Source: Eledone cirrhosa (taxonomy: Eukaryota). Taken from it: a stretch of 64,000 nucleotides of DNA. The DNA lies in assembly GCA_964016885.1 (NCBI GenBank), contig OZ024744.1, positions 98,394,001 through 98,458,000 on the forward strand. The letters are read 5' to 3'. Shown one piece after another: positions 1 through 10,790 of this stretch (position 1 is its first letter; each line of letters starts with the position of its first letter). Under the pieces are notes generated by a model that saw nothing but the letters and a program-made list of their open reading frames with translations, was not told where the DNA came from and did no database searches. Made by a program: the position numbers and the translations under genes.

Positions 1-260
1 TAGTTTTTCCAAATTGAAGGATGAGTATTTTAAACTTTATTTTATTCTGAGTTAAGGCTCTATTGATTTTTCCCTGGATTTCACTAAATTCTGTGGATGA
101 ATCTATATCCTGATTCTTTTTGAATTGAGTTTGAATTATTTTCCCACATCTTACGTTAACTATTTTTCCATTTTGACGCTACAGTCACTTATATATTATG
201 GAATACTGTTGGCTTCTTTGCTCACAATAATTTCTATACTTTTCATTTATATATATATAT

Positions 261-681
261 AAAGACCTGAAAATCCGCCTCTTCATTGCTGTAGTGGAGT
301 CTATGCTGATGTATAGGTCTGAGACTTGGACACTGACCAAGAAACTCACTCAGATGGTGGATGGGTGCTACACGACAATGCTGAGGATGGCTCTGAACAT
401 TAATAAGTATACACTGAGGATGAAAAACTCAGAGCTGTATGGGAGCATCCCAAAAGTCAGCTGGACATGCTCACCGACATCCAAAGTGGACATTGCACTC
501 AGTACTCCTTTGGGAGCCCCTACATGGACACACTGGAAGAGGAAGACCAAGGTTAACGTATGTTGATGCCCTAAGGACAGACACTGGTCTGTTGGAGACG
601 CAGGACATGGCAGCGATGATGAGGGAGAGAGACTGCTGGAGAGAACTCGTCCATGGATTTCGGGAATTTTACCCGCCCTAG
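261..681 (+). pseudogene. 3' fragment of an RTE-type LINE ORF (frameshifted)
   Basis: Translations 'ESMLMYRSETWTLTKK...DGCYTTMLRMAL' and 'LLWEPLHGHTGRGRPRLTYVDAL...RDCWRELV' are typical of the RTE C-terminus. Confidence 0.8.
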
Positions 682-702
682 AAAATATATATATATATAT
701 AT

Positions 703-838
703 AACGGAGGAGTTGTGGTAAGGAACCAGATGGACCATAATGCACCAGAGTACTCAATACTTAGGGTAGTAGAGTGGGTAATAGGAGAGAGTATGACCCC
801 GACGGCAGAGCTCAAGCCATTTCGACGGCTATTTCTGG
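703..838 (-). repeat. Short interspersed repeat in (TA)n, probably a Penelope pseudo-LTR fragment; related copies at ~18138-18233 and ~48311-48413
   Basis: Shared motif gtggtaaggaaccagatggaccataatgcaccag in all three copies; each flanked by TA microsatellite. Confidence 0.6.
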
Positions 839-954
839 ATATATATATATATATATACATATATATATTTATATATATATCTCTTATATATATATATATA
901 TTTATATACATATATACATATATACATATATACATATATATATTTATATATATA

Positions 955-1270
955 TCTCTTAGTAGCTTTTTCATGTCGTTAATATTATGATGTTCCCTGC
1001 TGTATTAGCGTTAAATTTTCCCTGCTGTATTAGCGATAAATTTTCGAGGGTTTCTCTTAGTAGCTTTTTCATGTCGTTAATATTATGATGTTCCCTGCTG
1101 TATTAGCATTAAATTTTCCCTGCTGTATTAGCGATAAATTTTCGAGGGTTTCTCTTAGTAGCTTTTTCATGTCGTTAATATTATGATGTTCCCTGCTGTA
1201 TTAGCGTTAAATTTTCCCTGCTGTATTAGCGATAAATTTTCGAGGGTTTCTCTTAGTAGCTTTTTTCATG
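955..1270. repeat. Tandem array of a 98-bp monomer (~3 copies)
   Basis: Unit tctcttagtagc...cgagggtt starts at 955, 1053, 1151, 1249. Confidence 0.97.
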
Positions 1271-1579
1271 ACGTTATTATTGTTAATTTTACTGATGTAG
1301 TATTAACTTATTAACTTGGATATTTACCATGCGGTATTCTAATCCTATTGTATCTCTCTCAGTTATTTACCATGCGACCCTCAGTTCCTACCCCCCCCCC
1401 CCTCTATGCACTTCTTTAAGGCTTACTACCCTGTCTTTAACCTAATTCATTCAATCTGAAAATATTGAAGAGATAAGACACTTTGCCATTCTTCTCTGCT
1501 AAAATGTACCACTAGAGCTGATTCAAATTTTCCCAGCCAGCCATCCACCTAATCTACGAAGGTATTTTAGCCTACATAT

Positions 1580-2563
1580 TGTCGTTAATATTATGATGTT
1601 CCCTGCTGTATTAGCGTTAAATTTTCCCTGCTGTATTAGCGATAAATTTTCGAGGGTTTCTCTTAGTAGCTTTTTCATGTCGTTAATATTATGATGTTCC
1701 CTGCTGTATTAGCGTTAAATTTTCCCTGCTGTATTAGCGATAAATTTTCGAGGGTTTCTCTTAGTAGCTTTTTCATGTCGTTAATATTATGATGTTCCCT
1801 GCTGTATTAGCGTTAAATTTTCCCTGCTGTATTAGCGATAAATTTTCGAGGGTTTCTCTTAGTAGCTTTTTCATGTCGTTAATATTATGATGTTCCCTGC
1901 TGTATTAGCGTTAAATTTTCCCTGCTGTATTAGCGATAAATTTTCGAGGGTTTCTCTTAGTAGCTTTTTTCATGTCGTTAATATTATGATGTTCCCTGCT
2001 GTATTAGCGTTAAATTTTCCCTGCTGTATTAGCGATAAATTTTCGAGGGTTTCTCTTAGTAGCTTTTTCATGTCGTTAATATTATGATGTTCCCTGCTGT
2101 ATTAGCGTTAAATTTTCCCTGCTGTATTAGCGATAAATTTTCGAGGGTTTCTCTTAGTAGCTTTTTCATGTCGTTAATATTATGATGTTCCCTGCTGTAT
2201 TAGCGTTAAATTTTCCCTGCTGTATTAGCGATAAATTTTCGAGGGTTTCTCTTAGTAGCTTTTTCATGTCGTTAATATTATGATGTTCCCTGCTGTATTA
2301 GCGTTAAATTTTCCCTGCTGTATTAGCGATAAATTTTCGAGGGTTTCTCTTAGTAGCTTTTTCATGTCGTTAATATTATGATGTTCCCTGCTGTATTAGC
2401 GTTAAATTTTCCCTGCTGTATTAGCGATAAATTTTCGAGGGTTTCTCTTAGTAGCTTTTTCATGTCGTTAATATTATGATGTTCCCTGCTGTATTAGCGT
2501 TAAATTTTCCCTGCTGTATTAGCGATAAATTTTCGAGGGTTTCTCTTAGTAGCTTTTTTCATG
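1580..2563. repeat. Tandem array of the same 98-bp monomer (~10 near-identical copies) directly upstream of the LINE 5' UTR
   Basis: Direct observation; each monomer contains an internal duplicate of ccctgctgtattagcg(t/a)taaatttt. Confidence 0.97.
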
Positions 2564-2878
2564 ACGTTATTATTGTTAATTTTACTGATGTAGTATTAAC
2601 TTGGATATTTACCATGCGACCCTCAGTTCCTACCTCACAATTTCCCTCCCCCACCCCCACACACCACCATAGCCTATTCGACCAATCAAACCTAGCATGC
2701 CATTTCCACTGCTGCTGCTGCTGCTACTACCTGCCTAACTAACTCTCTCCTCCTCTGGCGCATCCCAACACACCCTGCCATTACCCCACCACCACTGTCC
2801 TTCTAGCCCTCAATTTTCCCACCGTTAGGGATGGATGAGCTGGGAATACACGAGCAACTCTGAATCAATAGATGAAAT

Positions 2879-5800
2879 ATGAATCTGCGAGCTACCAAGC
2901 ACCCACGTGAAGCGCCAACCCAGAGACCCTCCCCTACGAGTGTCGACAAATGCCCAAAACTCCGAGTTGGTACCATCAATGTAGGCTCAATGAAAGGAAG
3001 AGCAGGAGAAATCGTAGAAATGCTAGAGCGAAAGGAAGTTGATGTATGCTGTGTGCAAGAGACTAGATGGAGAGGAGGGTCTGCTAGAGTCCTTGTAGGA
3101 AAAAGCCAGTGCTACAAATTTTTCTGGGTGGGAAATGACGATGGGATGGGTGGTGTAGGTATACTATTAGCTGACAAGTGGGTAGATAAAGTAATCTCAG
3201 TGTACAGGGTAAATGCAAGAATCATTAAACTCAGACTAGTCCTGAATAAGACAATTACCACAATAATATCAGCTTACGCACCCCAATCGGGGCTGCCAGA
3301 CGAACTTAAGGATAGGTTTTACGAGTCCCTAATACACACTACTGCTCTAACAGACGACAAGGACTTCCTAATCATTGCAGGAGATTTTAACGGACACGTA
3401 GGTAAACACTGCGACGGCTTCAATAGAGTACATGGAGGCCATGGAGTTGGCACAAGGAATGAGGAAGGATTCAGACTTCTAGAATTCTGCGACGCCAATG
3501 ACATGTCGATATGTAACACAAACTTTAAAAAACCCGACAACCACCTGATCACCTATAGATCAGGGGAGCACTCTAGTCAGTTAGATTTTATCCTCATCAG
3601 AGGACGTGACAGATGGACGGTCGTAAACACAAAAGCCTTCCCTAGTGAGGAATGTACATCCCAACATAGCTTAGTTGTCAGCGACCTCACGGTCAGAACT
3701 AGACGAGCCCTGAAACAGAGGCCAACCTGGAGAAGAAAGATCTGGAAGCTGAAAGTCCCCTCAACCAGTAACAGATTTAAAGATATTTTACTCAACGCCT
3801 ACGACAGTAAAGAAGAACAGATAGAGACATTTAACGTAGAAGAGAACTGGGAGTTCCTAAAAAATAACTTACTAGAGGCGACGGATGAGGTTTGTGGCTG
3901 GAGTAAGACCTCAAGCAGGAGGAGAGTGACTTGGTGGTGGAACAATAAGGTAGATGAAGCAGTCAAGGCCAAGAGACAGGCATGGAAAGAATGGAAGAAC
4001 GGGGGGAGCAGGGTACATTACATAGAGACCAAGAGGGAAGCTAGGCGACAAGTATACTTAGCTAGGAGGGAAGCAGAGGATAGAAAATTCAAGCATGTTT
4101 TACAACGTGAGGACCAGAAACAGGAGGTATTCAAGATTGCGAGGCAGTGTGTCAGAGATAGTTGTGATGTCATTGGAGAGAAGTGTATCCGGAATGATAA
4201 AGGTGAGCTTGCCCTCACAAGTGCTGAGAAGAAAGATGCATGGAAGAGTCATTATGATAGATTACTAAATGAGGAGAATGCATGGGAAGAAGAGACCCTA
4301 CCCCACGTAGACCCTATAGAGGGACCAGCAGTACAAGTCAGCGGCAGCGTAGTAAGTAAGGCAATCAGAGATATGAAGATAGGGAAGGCAACCGGTCCAT
4401 CGGGTATAGCTGCCGAGATGCTGAAGGCATCTGGGTCTGTAGGTCACACTATAACCACACGTATCGTTAACCAGGTAATACTAGAGGGGGCCATACCAAA
4501 AGATTGGTGCAGTAGCATCATTGTCAACTGCTACAAAGGTAAAGGCGATGCACTAGATAGAGGAAACTATAGAGGTATAAAGTTGATGGACCAGGTCATG
4601 AAAGTAACAGAAAGAGTTATAGCACAGCTGATTAGGGACCGGGTGAATATAGACGAGATGCAATTTGGGTTTGTTCCAGGGAAAGGCACCACTGATGCGC
4701 TCTTCCTTGTGAGGCAATTACAGGAAAAGTACCTAGCTAAAAGTAAGCCACTCTACTTGGCATTTGTCGACCTTGAGAAAGCCTTTGACAGAGTTCCACG
4801 TGCAGTAATCTGGTGGGCTCTTAGAAAACTAGGAGTAGATGAATGGCTTGTGAAAGCGGTACAAGCCATGTATAGGGGAGCAGTCAGCAAAGTTAGGATT
4901 GGCAATGAGTATAGCGAGGAATTTAGCGTACAGGTTGGGGTCCACCAGGGCTCTGTTCTTAGCCCTCTCCTGTTCATCATAGTCCTGCAGGCAATAACGG
5001 AGGAGTTTAAGACCGGATGCCCATGGGAACTCCTGTATGCTGATGACCTCGCACTCATAGCTGAATCTATGGTAGAACTAGAGAATAAATTCCAAACCTG
5101 GAAGCAGGGACTAGAGAGAAAGGGCCTCAAAGTCAACATGACAAAGACTAAGGTCCTTATAAGTAGACGAGAAAACAGAACCCAGATCCCCTCAGGGAAA
5201 TGGCCTTGCTCAGTATGTAGGAAAGGTGTAGGTAGGAACTCCATTCTTTGCCCCAAATGCAAACAATGGGTACACAAGAGATGTAGCGGGATCTCAGGAA
5301 GCTTAATTAAGAATGTAGGATTCACATGCAGCAGCTGTGCTGAAACAGCAAGCAAACAGCCACAGGAAACAAGTACCACCAATCTCTGGGAGGGCCCTGT
5401 AGAAACAGTAGACAGCTTCTGCTACCTAGGTGACCGAATTAGCAACGGAGGTGGGTGCTCAGAAAGTACAATAACTAGGGTAAGAACGGGATGGAAGAAG
5501 TTTAGGGAACTACTACCACTGCTAGCTGCAAAAGGCTTCTCCCTCAGAATGAAAGGCAGACTGTATGATGCGTGTATCCGAACAGCGATGTTGCATGGTA
5601 GTGAGACCTGGGCGCTGAAGGTGGAAGACTTACGTAGATTAGAGAGAAACGAAGCCTGCATGCTCCGATGGATGTGTAACAGTAATATACGTGAACGACA
5701 AAGCATAAATGAATTGAGAGAGAGACTGAGCATAAGAGGAATCAAATGCTGCGTGCAGGAGAGGCGGTTACGCTGGTATGGACATGTGATGCGTATGAAG

Positions 5801-5998
5801 GATGACAGCTGCATAAAAAGGTGCAGAGCACTAGAAGTTGATGGAAACCGTGGAGTGGGGAGACCCAAGATGACTTGGGATGAGGTGATAAAAGCCGACC
5901 TTACCCAACTACACCTCTCAAAGTCAATGACACACGACCGTGACTTCTGGCGTCACGCAGTAATACAGGGTACCCGACCTCCCATGGGTACATGCTGA
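2879..5998 (+). CDS. RTE-clade non-LTR retrotransposon protein: APE endonuclease + reverse transcriptase + PHD-like zinc finger (1039 aa, uninterrupted)
   Basis: APE motifs GTINV, CCVQET, GDFNGH, QLDFIL, SQH; RT motifs QFGFVPGKGTTD, FVDLEKAFD, GVHQGSVLSPLLF, YADDL; C-terminal RLRWYGHVMR...GRPKMTW. Confidence 0.97.
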   Translation: MNLRATKHPREAPTQRPSPTSVDKCPKLRVGTINVGSMKGRAGEIVEMLERKEVDVCCVQETRWRGGSARVLVGKSQCYKFFWVGNDDGMGGVGILLADKWVDKVISVYRVNARIIKLRLVLNKTITTIISAYAPQSGLPDELKDRFYESLIHTTALTDDKDFLIIAGDFNGHVGKHCDGFNRVHGGHGVGTRNEEGFRLLEFCDANDMSICNTNFKKPDNHLITYRSGEHSSQLDFILIRGRDRWTVVNTKAFPSEECTSQHSLVVSDLTVRTRRALKQRPTWRRKIWKLKVPSTSNRFKDILLNAYDSKEEQIETFNVEENWEFLKNNLLEATDEVCGWSKTSSRRRVTWWWNNKVDEAVKAKRQAWKEWKNGGSRVHYIETKREARRQVYLARREAEDRKFKHVLQREDQKQEVFKIARQCVRDSCDVIGEKCIRNDKGELALTSAEKKDAWKSHYDRLLNEENAWEEETLPHVDPIEGPAVQVSGSVVSKAIRDMKIGKATGPSGIAAEMLKASGSVGHTITTRIVNQVILEGAIPKDWCSSIIVNCYKGKGDALDRGNYRGIKLMDQVMKVTERVIAQLIRDRVNIDEMQFGFVPGKGTTDALFLVRQLQEKYLAKSKPLYLAFVDLEKAFDRVPRAVIWWALRKLGVDEWLVKAVQAMYRGAVSKVRIGNEYSEEFSVQVGVHQGSVLSPLLFIIVLQAITEEFKTGCPWELLYADDLALIAESMVELENKFQTWKQGLERKGLKVNMTKTKVLISRRENRTQIPSGKWPCSVCRKGVGRNSILCPKCKQWVHKRCSGISGSLIKNVGFTCSSCAETASKQPQETSTTNLWEGPVETVDSFCYLGDRISNGGGCSESTITRVRTGWKKFRELLPLLAAKGFSLRMKGRLYDACIRTAMLHGSETWALKVEDLRRLERNEACMLRWMCNSNIRERQSINELRERLSIRGIKCCVQERRLRWYGHVMRMKDDSCIKRCRALEVDGNRGVGRPKMTWDEVIKADLTQLHLSKSMTHDRDFWRHAVIQGTRPPMGTC

Positions 5999-6324
5999 AG
6001 CATATAAACAATATGCCCCCCCCCCCCCCACCGCAAGGTGGTCGTGGAGGTGCCACGGCAAAAAAGCACCCAGCCCACACTGTAAAGTGGACGTGTAGGC
6101 GCCACGAAAAAGCACCCAGCACTCACTGTAAATGAGGTTGGTGTTAGGAAGGGCATCCAGCTGTAGAAATCAAGCCAGATCAGTTCCTGTATGAGCAAGG
6201 CATGGTCAGCCGACCAGACACTGCCCACAACAGGACAACCCGTCTAACCCATGCTAGCGTGGAAGAACGGACGTAAAACGGTGATGATGATGATGATGAT
6301 GATATATACATATATATATATATT

Positions 6325-6357
<33 letters not shown>

Positions 6358-6819
6358 ATATATACATGCACACACACACACACTCATACACACATACATC
6401 ACACACACCGGCACACCAATGTAGAAAATGCTTGCATTTAGTGCTGGAATTGTCTCTATTATTCAGATGTTTCAGATTATTATGGAAAGAAATAGTATGC
6501 TTGCCCACATCCATGGTTTTGCAGCATATTACTACGTCCCTGCCCAACCTAGTTTCAAGACAGAACACTCCCAACAGTGTAAGTAATAGATGTATATAAG
6601 TGTACATGCCTCTGTGTATGAGTGCGTGCATGTACGTGTGTATGTAAAGGATATGAAGATAGGCAAAGCAGCAAAATAATCAGGGAAAGTCACTGAGCTG
6701 CTGAAAGCATTTGGTATGGTGTAACACTAGTTAACCACTCGTATAGTAACTCGAGTAATACAGGGCGATGACACAGCTAACTAATGTTTGGTGTAGTCAC
6801 ATGAACATCCACTGCTACT

Positions 6820-7330
6820 AAGTGATGCTCTAGACAGAAAACTATAAAGGAATCGAGTTACTAAAAGAGTTATTGCACAACTAATTGGGGATAGAATTAA
6901 CCTAGACAAGATTCAGATTAGCCTTTTACTTGGTAAAAGAACTACAAATACCTTCTTCCTTGTGAGACAGCTGCAAGCGAAGTACCTAGCTAAGAGTAAG
7001 CCATAAGAGAGGGCTTTAGGGAGGGTTTCCTGCTCCAAATTCTGGTACACTCCTAGAAAACTAAAGGTCAATAAAGTTAGAATTAATGATGAATATAATG
7101 AAGAATTTAGTGTGCAGTTGGAGGTCAACTAGAGCTGTTATCACTAACCTCCTGTTTATTATTGTCCTCCAGGCCTTAACAGGGGAGTTTATGACTGGCT
7201 GTTCATGGAAACGCCCATATATATAGATCTAGTTCTCATACCCAAATCTGCAACAGAATTAGAGAAGAAATTCCTGACTCGGTAGCAAAAGGCTTCAGAT
7301 TCAACTTAACACAACTAAAGTCGTAGTAAG
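6820..7330 (+). pseudogene. Degenerate RT fragment of the same RTE family
   Basis: Nucleotide similarity to ~4545-5160 (gatgctctagacaga, ttcttccttgtgagacagctgca, gaagaatttagtgtgcag). Confidence 0.8.
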
Positions 7331-9555
7331 TAAAAAAAGAAACCAAGATCCTGACTTATACACCCTTATTTCCATGGATGCCTAACTAACCTGACCAAGG
7401 ACACATTGAGCACTCTAGCACACTAATGTGTCTTTGGTCAAGCTGGTGAGGTATTGATGGAAATAGTGCTGGTGCCACCATAAAATGCACCCAGTCAAAC
7501 ATGTGGTAGTGCCATAATCATGATAAAATGCTCCAAGTACAAACTGTGAAATGGTTGAGTTTTACTAAGGGCATCCAGCCATAGAAATATGGAAATATGA
7601 TAACATGCCTAATCCATGCACCCAGTCCACCCTGTGAAGTGGTAGTGCCAGAACCACAATAAAATGCTCCCAGCAAGTTGTAAAATATTGATGTGTGTTG
7701 TGTTCTTGAGCAAAAAACTTCATTTCACGTTGCTCCAGTATACCCAGTGTGGACGTGTGGTAAGGGTGTTGGACTTAGGATCTTAATGTCGTGGGTTCAA
7801 TTCCTGGACTGGTTTGTGCGTTGTGTGTTCTTGAGCAAAACACTTCATTTCACATTGCTCCAGTATACTCAGCTGAAAATGAGTACCAGCAGAAATAGTT
7901 AGGAGTTTAACCCTGTGTTGGACTGGTGTCATGTCCAGAGGAGAGTCTGGTTCTCAGTTGCTTCCTATAATGGAAACTGCAATAAGCTCCAGTCTGATGA
8001 GCCTTTGGAATTGAGACAAACTTTAGGCTTAAAATTTCTTAACAAAATTAAAAATGACAATTTATTACTTAGAAAAATAGTTTCAAGTAAAAAATATGAA
8101 AGTAATGAAGAATGAATAAAATATTTCTTTATGAAAAATGATGTGAAGTTTATTTTATTTTAAAATGTTACTGTTCTACTGGACAATATTTTACATAGAT
8201 ATGGTGTCACGTAAAGAACAACTATTCTGTACATCTTCTGTTTTCTATGTCCCTCAGTCTGACTCTCAAACTTCTAAGTAATAAACACAAGTTATATATC
8301 TTACCATCTCACATATATCACTTCAACACTTGCTAGGAACTTCCTTCATATAAGAAGAAAACATGCAATTATGTTAATATATTTGCAGTAAAAGAAACCC
8401 AGAACCTTCTGGCTGGTGGGGAGAAGAGACTGACTCTCCTTTAATATCCAACCCAAATGCCGAGTCTCTTCAGACTTTGCATGATAATCTCAGTCCCAGT
8501 TTCACCTCTGAAAATTGTGGCACACACACACACACACATGTACATATGTACATTTATTTATTATGATTCATACACATGATAATCCATTTGCAACCAATGA
8601 TTTCATAAGCTAACAAAGCGTACAGAAATGCAAGCTATGGATGTTAGTCATATCTTCAGGTGAAAGTACATACAAATGGCTGAACAGATTTTGCAAAAAA
8701 AAAGTTTCCCAGAAAAGGATAAGAGGATATGAGAGAAAAACACAAAACTATGGAAAATATTATTATTATCGTGTCCACAAGAGTGTCAGCTACAAAGCTT
8801 GGCTAGATGCGGTTCCACCTCAGATGAACACATTGCTGTCCTTTCTCATTAAAGACTGCCAAGTCCAATATATATTGGAAAATGTGTGAAATCCTTGGTA
8901 CAGTTAGGTATATTTGAAAAAATAGGAAAAGAATGACTTCACTCGTAGTTCTAAACAATTTAATTTTATAATTTTACAATTTTGAGCAAAATTGTATAAT
9001 TGTAAAATTATAAAATTAAATTGTTTAGAACACCAACTAAAAGTTCTTATCGTGACCACAAGATTTTCAGCTACAAAGTTTGGCTAGATGTGGTTCCGCC
9101 ACAGCTGAACATATTGCTGTCCTTTCTCATTAAAGACTGCCAAGTCCAATGCTGTGCAGGGGTGTTCCAGCAGGGGAAATATCAGGAGGTGCTGCATAGT
9201 CTGTGGTTTCACACAGAACGTCCCCATCCTTTAAATACCCCCATTTTGCCAGATTGACCTTTGCACGACCAACACCAGATCTTAAACTGTTGAGGCATTT
9301 ACACACTGCTTAGTTTGTATCTGCTCCGGGGGCAGTGCTTCACTCGCCTTTAGCTCCATTGTTGTTACAGAGGGGTGGTTGATAAGTTTTTCTTCCCAGT
9401 GTGTGACTCTTTCACTATGTTTGCTTGATGTTCCAAGGGGGTGTGATACTCTTTAGGAAAGTTTTCCTGGATTTAAGGTGGCTTTTGTCTGGCCGAAGAG
9501 AGGATGTTTTTGATCTGTAGTCTGTTGTTTACGCTCTTTATTGCTTGTTGCACAA
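7086..9555 (+). repeat. Copy A of a ~2.4-kb inverted, permuted segmental duplication (partner ~31050-33385)
   Basis: Near-identical reverse-complement match; ORFs 7915-8115/32185-32385, 8641-8889/31383-31661 and 9021-9257/33008-33232 are paired. Confidence 0.95.
7690..8020 (+). mobile_element. tRNA-derived SINE with CORE-like central segment (partly duplicated)
   Basis: A/B-box-like gtggtaagggtg...gtgggttcaattcctgg followed by tgtgttcttgagcaaaacacttcatttcac...aaaatgagtacc. Confidence 0.7.
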
Positions 9556-9779
9556 TGGAAGGTAAGAGAAATGTAACTCAGGTATGTAATTTTTTTTTTT
9601 TTTTCTTAGGAAAATAATTGGAAAAAAAGAAAAATACAAAAAATATGGAAAATTAATCTGTCTAATATATACTCATATATCGACAGTCGATTGACCTTCA
9701 TCAAATCGGACCGAGCAAACAATGTTTCCATTGGTCTTTCTAATTGCTAATACTCTCTATCGGTCACAACTCCAGGTAG

Positions 9780-9900
9780 AAGGAGCAACGTGAAATAAAG
9801 TGTCTTGCCCAAGGACATAATGCATCGCCCGGCCTGGGAATCAAACTCCCAACCTCACAATTGCAAATCCAATTCTCTAACCACTCAACCATGTTCCTCC
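9780..9900 (-). mobile_element. tRNA-derived SINE fragment
   Basis: aagtgtcttgcccaaggacat...gggaatcaaactc...ctctaaccact is the reverse complement of a tRNA-like head plus CORE-like segment. Confidence 0.65.
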
Positions 9901-10066
9901 ACTATATTCATATATGAGCAACATAATTTATTTTAGAAAAATCTAAATTTTTAATTACATAAATATAATAAAGAATTTGATATTTAGTCAAACATAAAGA
10001 AAAAGAAAGTAGCATTGCAAGAGACTATAAATGAGAGGAAAATGAAATGGGCAAGGATTATCAAGC

Positions 10067-10250
10067 GAAGGAAGGAAGGAAGGAAAGAGAGAAGGAAGAA
10101 AGGAAGGAAGGAAAGAGAGAAGGAAGAAAAGAAAGAAGGAAGGAAGGAAGGAAGAAAGAAAGAAAAAAAGAAAGAAAGAGAGAAGGAAAGAAAGCAGGAA
10201 GGAAAGAGAGAAGGAAGAAAGGAAAGAAGGAAAGAAAGAAAGGGAGAGAG
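10067..10250. repeat. (GGAA)n/(GAAA)n purine-rich microsatellite
   Basis: Direct observation. Confidence 0.95.
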
Positions 10251-10271
10251 TGACAGAATTCTTCTTCTTCT

Positions 10272-10790
10272 TCATCATCATCACCCTCAAACACTCCCTC
10301 CAGCAGGTCCTGTCAGAAGCAACCATCTCCAACTGACCCAGCTGGATCCCCAAGAGTGACCAGCCAAGCTCATGGATGTAATCCAACCATCTTGCTCGGG
10401 GTCTACCCTTGGGTCTCCTGCCGGTTGGTTTTGCCCGTAAAAATCTGTGACCAGTGATTCTTTCCTGAGACATTCTAACCACGTGTCCATAGTATCGGAG
10501 CTGTGATTAGAGAAGTAGTGGTGCTACATAGAGTGACTCTCTGATCTCCAAGTTACGCACTTTATCAAGTAACATTACTCCAAAGACTCTTTGGAGGAAC
10601 CCCCATTTTGGCCGCTTGTATTCGCAATAATATTCTTTCGGTCATTACCCAAGATTCACGCCCATAGGGAAGGATTGGCACAATTATCGATTGAAGATAT
10701 CGATTTTGGCTTTTACACTTACCTCCCTTTTTCTGATTACTGAATTAACCAGCTCGTGCAATTCTTGCACTTAATTCAGCCTCTTGTCTT
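10272..10790 (-). pseudogene. 3' fragment of an RTE-type LINE with (GAT)n/(GAA)n tail
   Basis: 'RRPKGRPRARWLDYIHELGW...DRTCWRECL'; catcatcat at the left end. Confidence 0.8.

Larger units (their letters stand above)
955..6303 (+). mobile_element. Apparently full-length RTE-clade LINE inserted in a (TA)n tract
   Basis: TA-rich microsatellite on both sides, intact ORF, 3' end ...ggacgtaaaacg followed by a (GAT)n tail at ~6281-6303; including the 98-bp arrays in the element is inference. Confidence 0.8.

Noticed and set aside
678-990. ORFs rich in YI/IY (also 13866-14180, 62076-62409 and others)
   Set aside because: Translations of (TA)n/(CA)n microsatellites
955-2563. CRISPR-like array
   Set aside because: Units are identical head-to-tail with no unique spacers, there are no cas genes, and the context is eukaryotic
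7745-7815. tRNA gene
   Set aside because: The tRNA-like head continues into a SINE body; no complete cloverleaf
7990-8020. CTGATGAG as a hammerhead core
   Set aside because: No properly placed GAAA or stems; part of a SINE tail
9988-10482. K/E/R-rich and F/S/L-rich ORFs
   Set aside because: Product of a (GGAA)n tract fused to a LINE tail
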